Assembly: GCA_051362555.1 (NCBI GenBank)
Contig: CM120646.1
Location: forward strand, 20,026,001-20,090,000
Origin: Lingula anatina
Taxonomy: Eukaryota; Animalia; Brachiopoda
Reading direction: 5' to 3'
Length of the DNA stretch: 64,000 nt
Below, in pieces: positions 43,701 to 55,377 of this stretch. The notes under the pieces are model-generated. The model ran no database searches and was not told where the DNA came from. It saw only the letters and a list, made by a program, of their open reading frames with translations. Position numbers and translations under genes: made by a program. How positions within the stretch are numbered: the stretch's first letter is position 1; each line of letters starts with the position of its first letter.

Positions 43701-43899
43701 ATTGAATCTGACTGATATGAGTTTTTTTCCATTTTTGACACTTTATTACACAATACACGATAACAAGTTTACCATCATTTCTACATAATCAACTAACAAT
43801 GTTGTAAAGATGCAGGAAATGTCAAACAAATACTTTTATGTGTCTTATTAATTAAATAATAAGACTGTTAACATGCCTAAGAATTGAATTTGAGGAAAT

Positions 43900-44243
43900 G
43901 TGAAAAAACAGCATGACTTCTAAAACAATGGCCCGATTATACTCATTTTCAAACTCAACCTGCATTTTAGTAAGATTGACCACTCCTGTGAGTTTAATGA
44001 CAATTGGTCTATCTGTTTTTCTTATATTGTGTTTACAGTGTTGCATATATGCTAAAAAGTGAAAAAACAGCATAACTACTAAAATAGTGGCCCGATCATG
44101 CCGATTTTCGAACTTGACCTGCGTTGTAGTAAGATTGATTACTCCTGTGAGTTTCATGACAACAGGCCTATCAGTTTTCCTTAATATGTGTTTACAGGGT
44201 TGCATATATGCTGAAAAGTGAAAAAAAAGCATAACTTCTACAA
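43900..44243. repeat. 159-bp internal tandem repeat of HINE family A (third unit interrupted by HINE B and resuming at 47144)
   Basis: The unit start GTGAAAAAACAGCAT recurs at 43900, 44059 and 44218 (third copy slightly variant). Confidence 0.8.
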
Positions 44244-47143
44244 CTAGAGGATCAGAGAGGCGATACCGCCTCCAAATATTGTACCACCAGCTGGAGCAAA
44301 CGCATTCGTATAGACCCCCACATACACAAAATAAGGGACACAGCCACCAGTTTTGTGCTTGACAAGCTGTAAAAATGCAATCAACAAGAATTTTTTAACT
44401 ATTGCAAAAAATATATATGGTACAATCAAATTTAAGTTCTTCGTAAGGTAGGTCAAGGGTCAATTTCAAGGTCACAGTAAATTGCCAGTATATGACTTCC
44501 TATTCAAGTTCAAGAGTAACTATGGACCTATCTCTGTCAAGTTTGAAGTTAAAAGAGAAAGAAATTAGCAGAGTTCAGTTCATGATAAAAAGTAGGTCAA
44601 AGGTCAATTTCAAGGTCACACTTAGATTGCCAGTATATGACTTCCTATTCAAGTTCAATAGTAACTACGGACCTATCTCAGCCAGTTTTGGAGATAAAAA
44701 GAAAGCAAAATTTGCAAAATTCAGTTCATGGTGTAAAGTAGGTCAAAGGTCAATTTTAAGGTCACATTTAGATTGCCAGTATATGACTTCCTTTTCAAGT
44801 TCAATAGTAACTATGGACCTATCTCAGCCAGTTTTGGAGATAAAAGGGAAGCAAAATTTGCAAAATTCAGTTCATGGTGTAAAGTAGGTCAAAGGTCAAT
44901 TTAAAGGTCACATTTAGATTGTCAGTATATGACTTCCTTTTCAAGTTCAATAGTAACTATGGACCTGTCTCTGCCAGTTTTGGAGATAAAAGGGCAGAAA
45001 AGTTTGCAAAGTTCAGTTCATGGTGAAAAGTAGGTCAAAGGTCAATTTCAAGGTCACATTTAGATTGCCAGTATATGACTTCCTATTCAACTTCAATAGT
45101 AACTATAGACCTATCTCAGCCAGTTTTGGAGATAAAAGGAAAGCAAAATTTGCAAAATTCAGTTCATGGTGTAAAGTAGGTCAAAGGTCAATTTTACGGT
45201 CACATTTAGATTGCCAGTATATGACTTCCTATTCAAGTTCAATAGTAACTATGGACCTATCTCTGCCAGTTTTGGAGATAAAAGGGCAGAAAAGTTTGCA
45301 AAGTTCAGTTCATGGTGAAAAGTAGGTCAAAGGTCAATTTCAAGGTCACATTTAGATTGCCAGTATATGACTTCCTATTCAAGTTCAATAGTAACTATGG
45401 ACCTATCTCTGCCAGTTTTGGAGATAAAAGGGAAGCAAAATTTGCAAAGTTCAGTTTATGGTGAAAAGTAGGTCAAAGGTCAATTTTAAGGTCACATTTA
45501 GATTGCCAGTATATGACTTCCTATTCAAGTTCAATAGTAACTACGGACCTATCTCAGCCAGTTTTGGAGATAAAAGGAAAGCAAAATTTGCAAAATTCAG
45601 TTCATGGTGAAAAGTAGGTCAAAGGTCAATTTTAAGGTCACATTTAGATTGCCAGTATATGACTTTCTATTCAATTCAATAGTAACTACGGACCTATCTC
45701 AGCCAGTTTTGGAGATAAAAGGAAAGCAAAATTTGCAAAATTCAGTTCATGGTGAAAAGTAGGTCAAAGGTCAATTTTAATGTCACATATAGATTGCCAG
45801 TATATGACTTCCTATTCAAGTTCAATAGTAACTACGGACCTATCTCTGCCAGTTTTGGAGATAAAAGGAAAGCAAAATTTGCAAAATTCAGTTCATGGTG
45901 TAAAGTAGGTCAAAGGTCAATTTTAAGGTCACATTTAGATTGCCAGTATATGACTTCCTATTCAAGTTCAATAGTAACTATGGACCTATCTCTGCCAGTT
46001 TTGGAGATAAAAGGGAAGAAAAATTTGCAAAGTTCAGTTCATGGTGAAAAGTAGGTCAAAGGTCAATTTCAAGGTCATAGTAAGATTGCCAGTATATGAC
46101 TTCCTATTCAACTTCAATAGTAACTATGGACCTATCTCTGCCAGTTTTGGAGATATAAGGGACTAGATGTTATAATTTTGGAGTTACCATAATGTGCCTT
46201 AAATTTCGTACAGAAAAAATTAATTAAAATAAAGAAAATGTCATTTTGGTCAAAATTCTTGAAATAGGAGGTGCTCTGAAGTTTCAGAAGTTCAAATTTT
46301 ATGAAATAATGTCATTTTTGAACACAAGTTGTCTGCTTTGCCAAGCCTTATGTTTTATTTTTCCAGAGTTCAAAATTTATTATCCATTACCGTACTGTGC
46401 ATTTTGCTTTTACCACCAATATGTACTTTTTGATACAGCGTAACTCGAAAACCGTATGGAATACAAAAAAACCGAGACCACCCCCAGTGTTGGGCTTTAC
46501 ATGCTCTACAAAATGCAAAAAAGAATGGGTCTCTAGCATTAACGGTTCCCAAATTAGAGACAGTTTTCAGTTTCGGTATCTTATGGCCGCTACTCCCGTG
46601 AAAATGCACCGATTGACCCCAAATTCATGGAGATGAAAGATGACCTGAAGGGTAACACTTTCCAATAATATTATTGGTTAAGTCTGTGTGGTGTCTGAAT
46701 AACAGGGCAAAAAAAATTTTTTTCGTAAAAAATTTCATTTTTTTGAAAATTTTGGCCCATTTGACCTTGAAGTAGAGATCAAAGGTCAAATCCAAGGGTA
46801 TATTTGAAATCTACACATATGACTTTTGGAAAGCCGTCTATAGAAATTTTTCCCATAACTCCTTCCGTAGGGTAGATAATTAGCATTTAATTTTGCCATT
46901 TTTAGACAAGGGTGCATTGCAATGAGTGCCACACCCAGACCCCAATACCGACAAAGCCCAAATTTTACGTGGAACGAGTTGAGATTATAGGTGACCTAAA
47001 TCCATGAGATGGGTACGGGGGCCCTTACCGTCTAGGAGGAGAAGCGGTAACGGTAGCCGTCCGGCGGAGCCGGCGGAGCCGGCGGAACGATCCGGACGGG
47101 ACCGAAACCATGTGTACCGCCAGCGCTAACGATGGTGGTACAA
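44243..47143 (-). mobile_element. Inner non-autonomous Helentron-type element (HINE family B), ~2.9 kb, nested in family A
   Basis: The empty site is visible in the second A copy (ttctacaataatggccc, ~47934-47950). Subterminal inverted repeats are ATTGTACCACCA (44278-44289) and TGGTGGTACAAT (47133-47144). There is a terminal stem-loop GAGGCG-atac-CGCCTC (44257-44272), a minus-strand 3' end CTAG-TT, a 5' hairpin at 47113-47142, a GC-rich (CCGG/CGGA) microsatellite at ~47045-47105 and a central tandem array. The insertion is in an AA/TT context. No transposase ORF is present. Confidence 0.85.
44448..46160. repeat. 146-bp tandem (satellite-like) array, ~11.7 copies, inside HINE B
   Basis: The unit start GTAGGTCA recurs at 44448, 44592, 44738, 44884, 45030, 45176, 45322, 45468, 45614, 45759, 45905 and 46051. 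Units are highly similar, and a degenerate extra copy lies near 46770. Confidence 0.97.
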
Positions 47144-50100
47144 TAATGGCCCGATCATGCTGATTTTCGAACTTGACCTGCGATTTATGAATATTCACGA
47201 TGACGGCAACGACAGACGCAGGTGATGGCAATATGTACAGACACATCTATATATATATTTACTGTACTGTTTGAGAACAATAAGTGACATGGTTTTTCTT
47301 AAATGGTCATCATGGGAGCAGTGCCCAAAATAGGTTTTTTTCAAATTTTGATGCAATATTACATAATGTTTAACAGCATAATGACCATCAATTTTTAATA
47401 ATAAAATATTAGTATCATGGACATTCAGAAAATGTGACTAGCAAAGGTCTTCAGGCCCATGGAACTTCAAAGTCACAACTTGAAAATGCCAAAATGTAAA
47501 TAAGACAGCACTGTTCTGAAATGTTTTTTTTTTCCCATTTTTAACAATTTTTAACATAAAACAAAATTAACAGTTTACTGCCATTTTTATATGATCAACT
47601 AAGAAAATTGATGAGATGGGAAAAATATCAATAAAGCAGTGTTAAATGTCCAATTTCTTCCATTCTGAGATTCTGAACATAGTGAATGATTGAATCTGAC
47701 AAAATGCAATGATATGAGTTTATTTCCATTTTTGAAACTTTATTACACAATACACGATAACAAGTTTACCATCATTTTTACAAAATCAACTAACAATGTT
47801 GTAAAGATGCAGGAAATGTCAAACAAAAACTTTTACGTATCTTATTAGTTTAATAATGAGACTGTTAACATGCCTAAGAATTGAATCTGAGGAAATGTGA
47901 AAAACATGCTGAAAAGTGAAAAAACAGCATAACTTCTACAATAATGGCCCGATCATGCTGATTTTCGAACTTGACCTGCGTTTTATGAATATTCACCAGC
48001 TCTGTAAATATAAAGCCAAAAAGTAAAACTGCCCTCCACTAATCGTGTTTACAAGGAAAGTGCACGGCATCGGCATCGGCATCGGCATCGCCATCGCCAT
48101 CGGCATCGGCGACGACAGACGCAGGTGATGGCAATATGTACAGACACATCTGTGTCTGTACATAAAAAAAAAAACACTCAGAAAGTGGAGAAAGAGAGAA
48201 AACTGCTCCACATTTTTATTGAAGAGACAAGATAGGTGGGCAAGTTTAATAACATCTGATAAAGAAAAGCTTAAAGTGAATCAATAGCTATAGTCTCCCA
48301 TACACTTGAACCATAACAATCTGAAATATATTATTTTTCTGTCAGCATCTATCAGTCCCTCTATCTCTTTTATTTCTACAAGTAGACAGTGGGAAACTCT
48401 GCGTAGCATAATGATCCAATTACCAAGGAACAAACTCATTTCCACCAAAATCAACATAAATTTGACAAGAAATCAATAAACATAACATTTAGAGAAAAAT
48501 TGGGTCAAACGCCGTCTTATCTTTGGAGAATAAATCCCCTGACTAAACAAATGGTCTACTCCTCTGGCTCAATATTTGAGGCTTGCTCGTCTGATTAATA
48601 TAAGATCAACAGACTGCCGTTAAACACACAATTTTTACTAAAGCCACATGGCATGCTCTGGAAATTATTCTTTCTGGAAACCTTGTATTGATTTGAGGAA
48701 TTATAAAGCCTGAGCAGTAGCATCCTGAAGTTATAATTCAATATAAATATGTTTTTGAATGGCGCAGCTAATGGCAAAACAATGGTGATCCAAATTAAGG
48801 CAAAAAGTATCAATGTCACGAACAGAGAAACTCTGTGCGGCATGCCCAGCCTGATATAAATCCCTCAGGGATCATTTCCCCGAGATTTTGAATAAAAGCA
48901 CTCATTGTGAGTGACTGACTCATAAAGTTACCTTCACGGCTTCACAAAGACACTAATCACAGAAATATTGATTTAGTTACTGCTAGCCTCCACTAGGCAG
49001 TTTAATCTAAATGATACTGAGGATGGATGAAGAATATTGCCAATGAGACAAGAAGTCTGCGGAAAAAGATTTAGAATCTTCATAATCCAATGCCACAGAC
49101 AAGTTTTTTGTTTCACTTTTCTACTTTTTGTGCTCACTGCTATTTCTATACCTTAACTTAAAACCAGACACATTAAGGTATGCAGATAACATGCCTTGAA
49201 ATATTTCATGTCATTTCACTTGGATAAAAGAGATCTAAAAGTATTCATTTTCTAAAATTTTCATCAATGATTCTGCCAATGAACAAAACATTAACTTGAG
49301 TGACACGCCTCTTTCCACACATGCATAAGAACAATCTATTGAGATTCTTTTATTCACTCAATTTTGATAAATTTGTTTGTTTTCCATCGTATGCTTGCAT
49401 GCCAGTAATAATATTCAGGCCGAATCTAATAAGGCAGTGACATGGGAAATTGGTATTAATCCGTGTTATTACAAACCCACAAGCACATATCACCGAGGGT
49501 AGACCGTGTTCACACGGGGCCTAAATGACATGGACTGTTCACATCAACTGGCCTTATTTTAGTTCAAGTTGGTTCTGAAGTGAACACAGCCCCAGGACTC
49601 TCACACTAAGAAGACGACGACTACCTATACTACAGCATATTTTTGTTTCAGAAGAGGGCACACAATATCAAATATTTTGAGTTAAAAACTTAGTAAAAAC
49701 AAAGTACTTTTCAACTTTTTTTTTTTTTGAAGTCAAACTAAATCATCACCAGCAACATGCAGAGGAAATTCGGATGCCGACAAAGCTTTTTTTAAATGTT
49801 CACACCTTGATGGCAATAATAAATGACTATCAGTACATGATTAGCAGTTCTGACAGGTGTTTTGGCTTTAATATATTTGTATATTTGGCCAAAAAGGGAG
49901 GAAACAGAAGCTTGTACATTAATCACTCATCTTTCCACCTAACCATCCAATTTCCTCATACCAACTTGAATGCCCCAGAAAACTGGGTGATAACAACCAG
50001 AAGACTTTTTGTTTTAAAATTAACTTCATACACATTTCATATATTTTCTTTTTATAGATTTATTACTTATCAAACTTAACATAAAAAGGTTTCAATGCAT

Positions 50101-53100
50101 TATAATCAAATCCCATGCCATCCTCAACAAAAAGCAGTACATAATTTCAGAGAAGTATTCAAGATTTTTTTTTCTTTCCAAATTAAATGCCTTTTTTTCT
50201 CTTAAGATCATATCATGCAGGTTTTGTTTTCAACCCCCCCAAAAAAACAATATTTTCATCAAATCATTATACGGATGACAAAAGATAATTCAGATAGATA
50301 GACCGTCATTAACCAAGACAGATAGGCAAAAAGACAGACAGAGAGATATTATTTTGCAAATTGTCTTACGCTTTGGGGTAAATATGGTAGAGAAAGAGCT
50401 TATATCTGACATCACGTTTTTTCACCCAATCAGTGGTGCCCTGCACCTGTATGATCAGCTGTATCGCAGGTATGCCTGGAGTAATTACCCGTTTGCATGT
50501 AATCTGCTGCCAACTGACAGGTAATAAATCTGATGGAACCTCTCTTACAGAACAGGAGGGGAGAAGGGGAGGGGGGGGGACTCAAACCAAAATCCGAGAG
50601 GGAAATGGGATAATCGAAGATCATGACAGATTACTCGACTGGTCCACTGAGGTAACAATCTACATAAAATTGGGTTCTGTGAAATTCATACTGACATCTT
50701 TGCTTTAATATTCCATTTATATTAAAAAAAACTATTTCCTTTCTTTAAATATCACCTAAATGACATAAATTGAGAAACAAAATGTACTTAAAACACAAAA
50801 CAATGTTAAGTTCTGTGTTAAAAGGGTAATGCAGGATCTGAAATTTCAGTACAAAATAATAGAAAGGGAAGTGAGTTTATCAGTGGTTAATTTTATCAGA
50901 AATGAAGTTAATGGTGTTTATCATTTCCATAATCATAACACTGATATAACACTTAGCATGGTTTCCACATTAGCCACAGAGATAGACTCTGATATCTTAG
51001 GCAAACACTTTTACCTTACTCTCTCGAGAATAAAAAAATATTCGATTAGACAAATATTTTATCTTGTTCCCTTGGTGAAGAACACTTTAACTCACCTCAA
51101 CTCCATCAACACCTTATTCTACATTCATGAATTTGTATAACAATTCTACTTGTCTTGACATTGGACTTCACCTTGTCATTCAAAGTCAAACATCTTTAAA
51201 AAGTTATAAGTATTCATTTTCACAAGACTTATTTACTTGGTATGCATTATTTCAGGTTGATTTATAATGGACAATATTATCAGTCCTGTAAATTGTTTTA
51301 GCTCAGTTTTACAGTTCCTGATAAAATAATGAGTCGGATGTCTATTTCAAACCCTATGTTTATTGTTATCAGGCCTCTTGTGGCTCAAAACTTTTTATCT
51401 TCTCTTCTAGTTTGAACTAACATAGGTCAAACAGTCCTGAGTCAGAAATAGACTGAGCTTGATAACCGAGTTTTATCTTGTTAAAACTCCCTACACAAAT
51501 AGACACCACTGCCAGTGTCACTCATCAGGCCTTTCTCTTTAGATTTCACTAATCTGGACAATAATAGATAGAATTCAAATCCTTGGTCAGGCCAATGCTC
51601 AAAACTGATATCTTACTTTTTTAGATTAAAGTAATTACTAGTCAATGCACAGATTCAGTTCACCGTCCTAACTTGATTGCTTTCATGAATTAGTAAAAGA
51701 AAAAAGAGAGGCAAAAAACTGGTCAGACTGATATCAAACACTTATAACAACAGCTCCCAGACTGTATTGAAAACAGCTCCCAGGAATAATTCCGTGTTTT
51801 TCTGAGATCTATCTGATTTAGGGTCTTGTAGTACAGATGTGAAGACCCAAACCAGTCCAGCCCCCCACCCACCCACCCACCCCTACTCAAAAAAATAAAA
51901 TTAAAATAATATAATAATAAAATGCAAATTAATAATAATAATTTTTATTATTATTATATTATACCACAAAGAATAGTATCCCTTTCTTCACCAATTTTCC
52001 ATCTAGGTGAGAAGAAAATATTTCGGTTTTGAAAAAGAAAGGGTGAGATATCTTGCTTGCTTTTTTATCCTACAGATGATACATGTTTAAAAAAAAGGTA
52101 CAGCTCTTATATATATATATATCAGACCTACATGAAATCTGTTAATATAAAACCTGGGCGTTTTACTTGAAACCTTCCCCAATTTCCATGGCCCTATAGC
52201 TCTCACATTACAACCATCTGTATGTGTGTGAAAAATGAGAGAGGTTTGATTTCACGGCACACGTGTTAGTAGATATATCCCCCTTGGAAATGAAAACATG
52301 GTTTGTTCAGGTGCTGCAGCAGTTGTTTTTAGACTTTCTGGAGTGGAATGAGAATAAGTGCTCGTCTTATAAAAAAAATTAGTTCCTGCAGAAGATATTC
52401 TTTCCGTGCATTATTTGCATTCAGTGATCTGGGTCTTCTATAGGACACACCAAATCTTGTTGAGAGATCTTCCCATAACGTGTGAATTTCCGCAGCTTCC
52501 TACATTGATCTGTCCACCCCAGTCGTATACTTTTACAACACAGAACTGATGAATTTGGTGGCCGTTTAGGTAGTTCTGACAAAGGGGTATATCTTTTTGA
52601 AAGAAACATGGAAGACTTCATTTCAGCTTTGACAGAAAAACTTTGTTTGTCATGTGGAAGTCTATGGCTCAGGTGTGGATTCTTCATATTGTAATATAAC
52701 CCTTTCACCTCTTCTCCTTGTTTTTCCCAAACAGTTATTTTCTATGGACACATTAAGCTCTAGTTGGTTTGATTAAATCACCATAGGAAATGCAAAAGGT
52801 GTGTTTAAACTGTTAACAGATTTGTACCATCAGTGGAAACGTGTAGCATTATCCAAAAATCCAATTCAACAACATTAAATTCTGATGGTCTTTAGGTGTT
52901 AAATGTCAAAAAATGACGTTTGAACATAAAAGGAACAATATTAGTCAGTGATTTTTTTATGTGAGCACAAACATTTGATAGCACAAACTGGGTGTGGAAT
53001 ATGTGAAAGCCTGAGCAAACAAGATTTATTCAAATCTCATCTCGATTAACTTTTCAATATTTGCCAAGCTGCTTCTTCTCACGTCCATATGCATAACATT

Positions 53101-54872
53101 AGAATACTAAATCAATTTCAAGCCATGCATTTCCCCTCTCATTCCCCTGGCCCCATACAATTATCATTACAAATTGACTCAGTTACCACTGATTATAGCA
53201 GTCAAATGTTTTCTAAACGACTCATTACTTCTCTACTTTTCATCCTCCTCGGATTTTCATAAAACCCACATTTTGTCCGTTTTTATATCACTATATAACT
53301 CCCCTCCCATCTCAGAATCCATTCAAAGCAACCAGGAAAATAAGAATGAAAAAGGGATTTAAAACACTTCCTTTATTGGCAACTTTCTGGTGTGCCATGC
53401 TGCACCTATACTGCTCCATACAATTGTTGGTAACTGCCATTCCTTCTTTGATGTAAATTTAATTAGCATTTCTATGTGCTAATGGCCTTTTGGTTTCTCC
53501 ATAAATTGGCTACGAGTACTCGGTGACATCAACAAATCACCCATTCAACAACAACTGCAGCTGATCATAATGACACAAATACCGCGACTGCAGTGTGCAA
53601 TTTTCACTGCACTTTTTTCTTTCCAATATTTCGAGTCAACAGAAGTCTCAGAATAACAATCATGGTACACGCTCAATGTACGTAAGTTATTCACATGTAA
53701 TAGTATTGATGCATTAATTACAGCACAAACTGTGATTTGATAGATACAGTGGACAATGGGGACCCAGTGAATCAATAAACTGCCAGTATGCTTTTCAAAC
53801 ACACACGACACAATGGTACACTAACAACTGGGTAACTCGCCATTATACGGGTGAATAACTCTGAATAGCTGACACCCAAAGTCATAATTCTGGGGTGCTG
53901 ATCCTTTCTGGCTGGAGGCACACAGCCACGTGCCCTGTGAAGTGGAGCGAACTGAATGATCCCTTAATTGTCTCATCTCCTAATCCACATACCTGGCCAG
54001 CGGTTCCATTTTCTTCCTTGTTTTTTTTTTTTTTTTAAATCCACAATTGAGATTGACAAGATTTTGATGGAGAACTGTTATTCATGTCAGGCAGCACATA
54101 TTCAAGTCCTTTGAATGAGATGTCACGCTGAATCATAAATCCACTTTGCTTGTTTTTTTTTTTTTTCTTTTTTTTATATATCTTTTGTTCTTGTTGAATT
54201 TTTGAGAACCAAAGATGTCATAACAAGACCTGTACTTCTTAAAAACTTGAAAAAAAATAACATGCCCGCTCTAAAAGTGCTAATGGTAAATGTTCAGGTG
54301 TGCAAAGGCAGGGTTCAACTGCAAGCATGCCTAACGTACGTAAGTATATATGGTACGGCAAAAATCATCAAATCCTATTCATCAATATAGGTTGGGTAAG
54401 ATTTGTGTAGAGAGTATATATACCAATCAAACGACGCAGGAAACCAAGATTGAATAATGAACATATGCAGCCACGGGGTTAGATATAGCGCAGGATTGGT
54501 AGGGGATATAGCCCACGGAGGATTGAGGGAGGGTGTAGTAAATACAAAATACCGGCATAAATTATTGATAAAATACAGTGGTAAAAACAGCGTGTGGCGA
54601 GTTGCGCCAGGCGAAAAATGTGCATGCAGGCTACCGCTTAAATATCATTGGAGCAGTTGGCAGGGATATGATATACAGTAACAGACCGCCGCGGCATCTT
54701 TTTCCACATAGCGCTAAAACTACTTCTGTCGAGCGCGCCGCTGTCTGTCAATGTACTCACTGTAAATGAATTTGATAAGAAAAATATCCGGCTCAACTAG
54801 ACACCAACCACATCGACGACGGGTTAAAATAAATTCACTAAGCATGTTAGGAAAGTAAAACAGTTAACATAC

Positions 54873-55098
54873 CTGGCGGGTGTAGAAAAGGTTGGGTATC
54901 TGGTGAGAAGGATAGGGAGCAACAGCACATGGGTTCCGTGAAATATACAAGCAAGGCATGAATAGCTGAGAAAAGTAGTCGTGAGCGGGGCAATCCACGC
55001 ACCGCACGTTGGTCTCCTACGCTAATCCTTCTTCGTAAAATAGTCCGACTCAGATGAGATATGCCATCATATATACTTAACACTGCTCTCAACGACAT
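54873..55098 (-). CDS. Probable first exon of an unidentified gene divergent from MOCOS (coding status uncertain; may be 5'UTR)
   Basis: It lies in the CpG-rich promoter island. An ATG (aaaATG) at 55098 opens 75 codons plus 1 nt, including the hydrophobic stretch LLFSAIHALLVYF, and ends at a strong CAG|GTATGT donor at 54872. I recognise no homology. Confidence 0.45.
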
Positions 55099-55268
55099 TT
55101 TTATGTATCCTTTACTTATTTTACTTGGAAATATTTGTAGTAAGTCTTTTAATTAGGGCAGTATTACATATAGTCCCTTTAATGCGGATTAATTTAAAAC
55201 AGGTGCGATGACGTATCTTTATAGGTCAAAGTTCAAGCAGCCATGTGACGAATAGTGACCTTTTCAAC
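55099..55268. promoter_or_regulatory. Compact bidirectional promoter within a CpG-retaining island (~54330-55480)
   Basis: There are 170 bp between the two divergent ATGs, and CpG is visibly more frequent here than in the flanks. Motifs are CRE-like TGACGT (55209-55214), half-CRE TGACG (55246-55250), DR1 AGGTCA-A-AGTTCA (55223-55235) and TGACCT (55256-55261). Confidence 0.65.
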
Positions 55269-55377
55269 ATGGTGGAGCTGAAAGAGGAATTGCGGTTTTT
55301 AGAGGAAAATAAATGGCTCCACGGTTACAATAGAGCGATTGATGAAGTTGTTGCTAAAGAATTTGACAGGCTGGGAG
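55269..55377 (+). CDS. MOCOS: Molybdenum cofactor sulfurase, coding exon 1 (MVELKEELRFLEENKWLHGYNRAIDEVVAKEFDRLG)
   Basis: ATG at 55269 in a good Kozak context (aacATGG), with 36 codons plus 1 nt ending at a G|GTTTGT donor (phase 1). The 'GY...EFxRL' motif precedes VYLDHAG in known MOCOS proteins. It splices in frame to exon 2. Confidence 0.85.

Larger units (their letters stand above)
42992..48163 (-). mobile_element. Outer non-autonomous Helentron-type element (HINE/DINE-1-like, family A): one interrupted copy (42992-47248) plus a partial tandem copy (~47279-48163)
   Basis: The left end reads aacaag, then a small hairpin ggcagc-aaa-gctgtc, then subterminal ATGTACAGACA (43013-43023). The right end has a (CGGCAT)n microsatellite (~48065-48110) and a perfect palindrome ATGTACAGACACA-tc-TGTGTCTGTACAT (48136-48163) followed by an A-run. 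Internal 159-bp tandem units are present. The segments ~43293-43910 and ~47279-47900 are clearly homologous. Confidence 0.75.

Noticed and set aside
44448-46160. CRISPR-like array or coding repeat (ORFs 44492..44887, 45020..45325, 45749..46054)
   Set aside because: Units are near-identical over their whole length with no unique spacers and no cas genes. The 146-bp period is not a multiple of 3, so the ORFs are by-products of the satellite.
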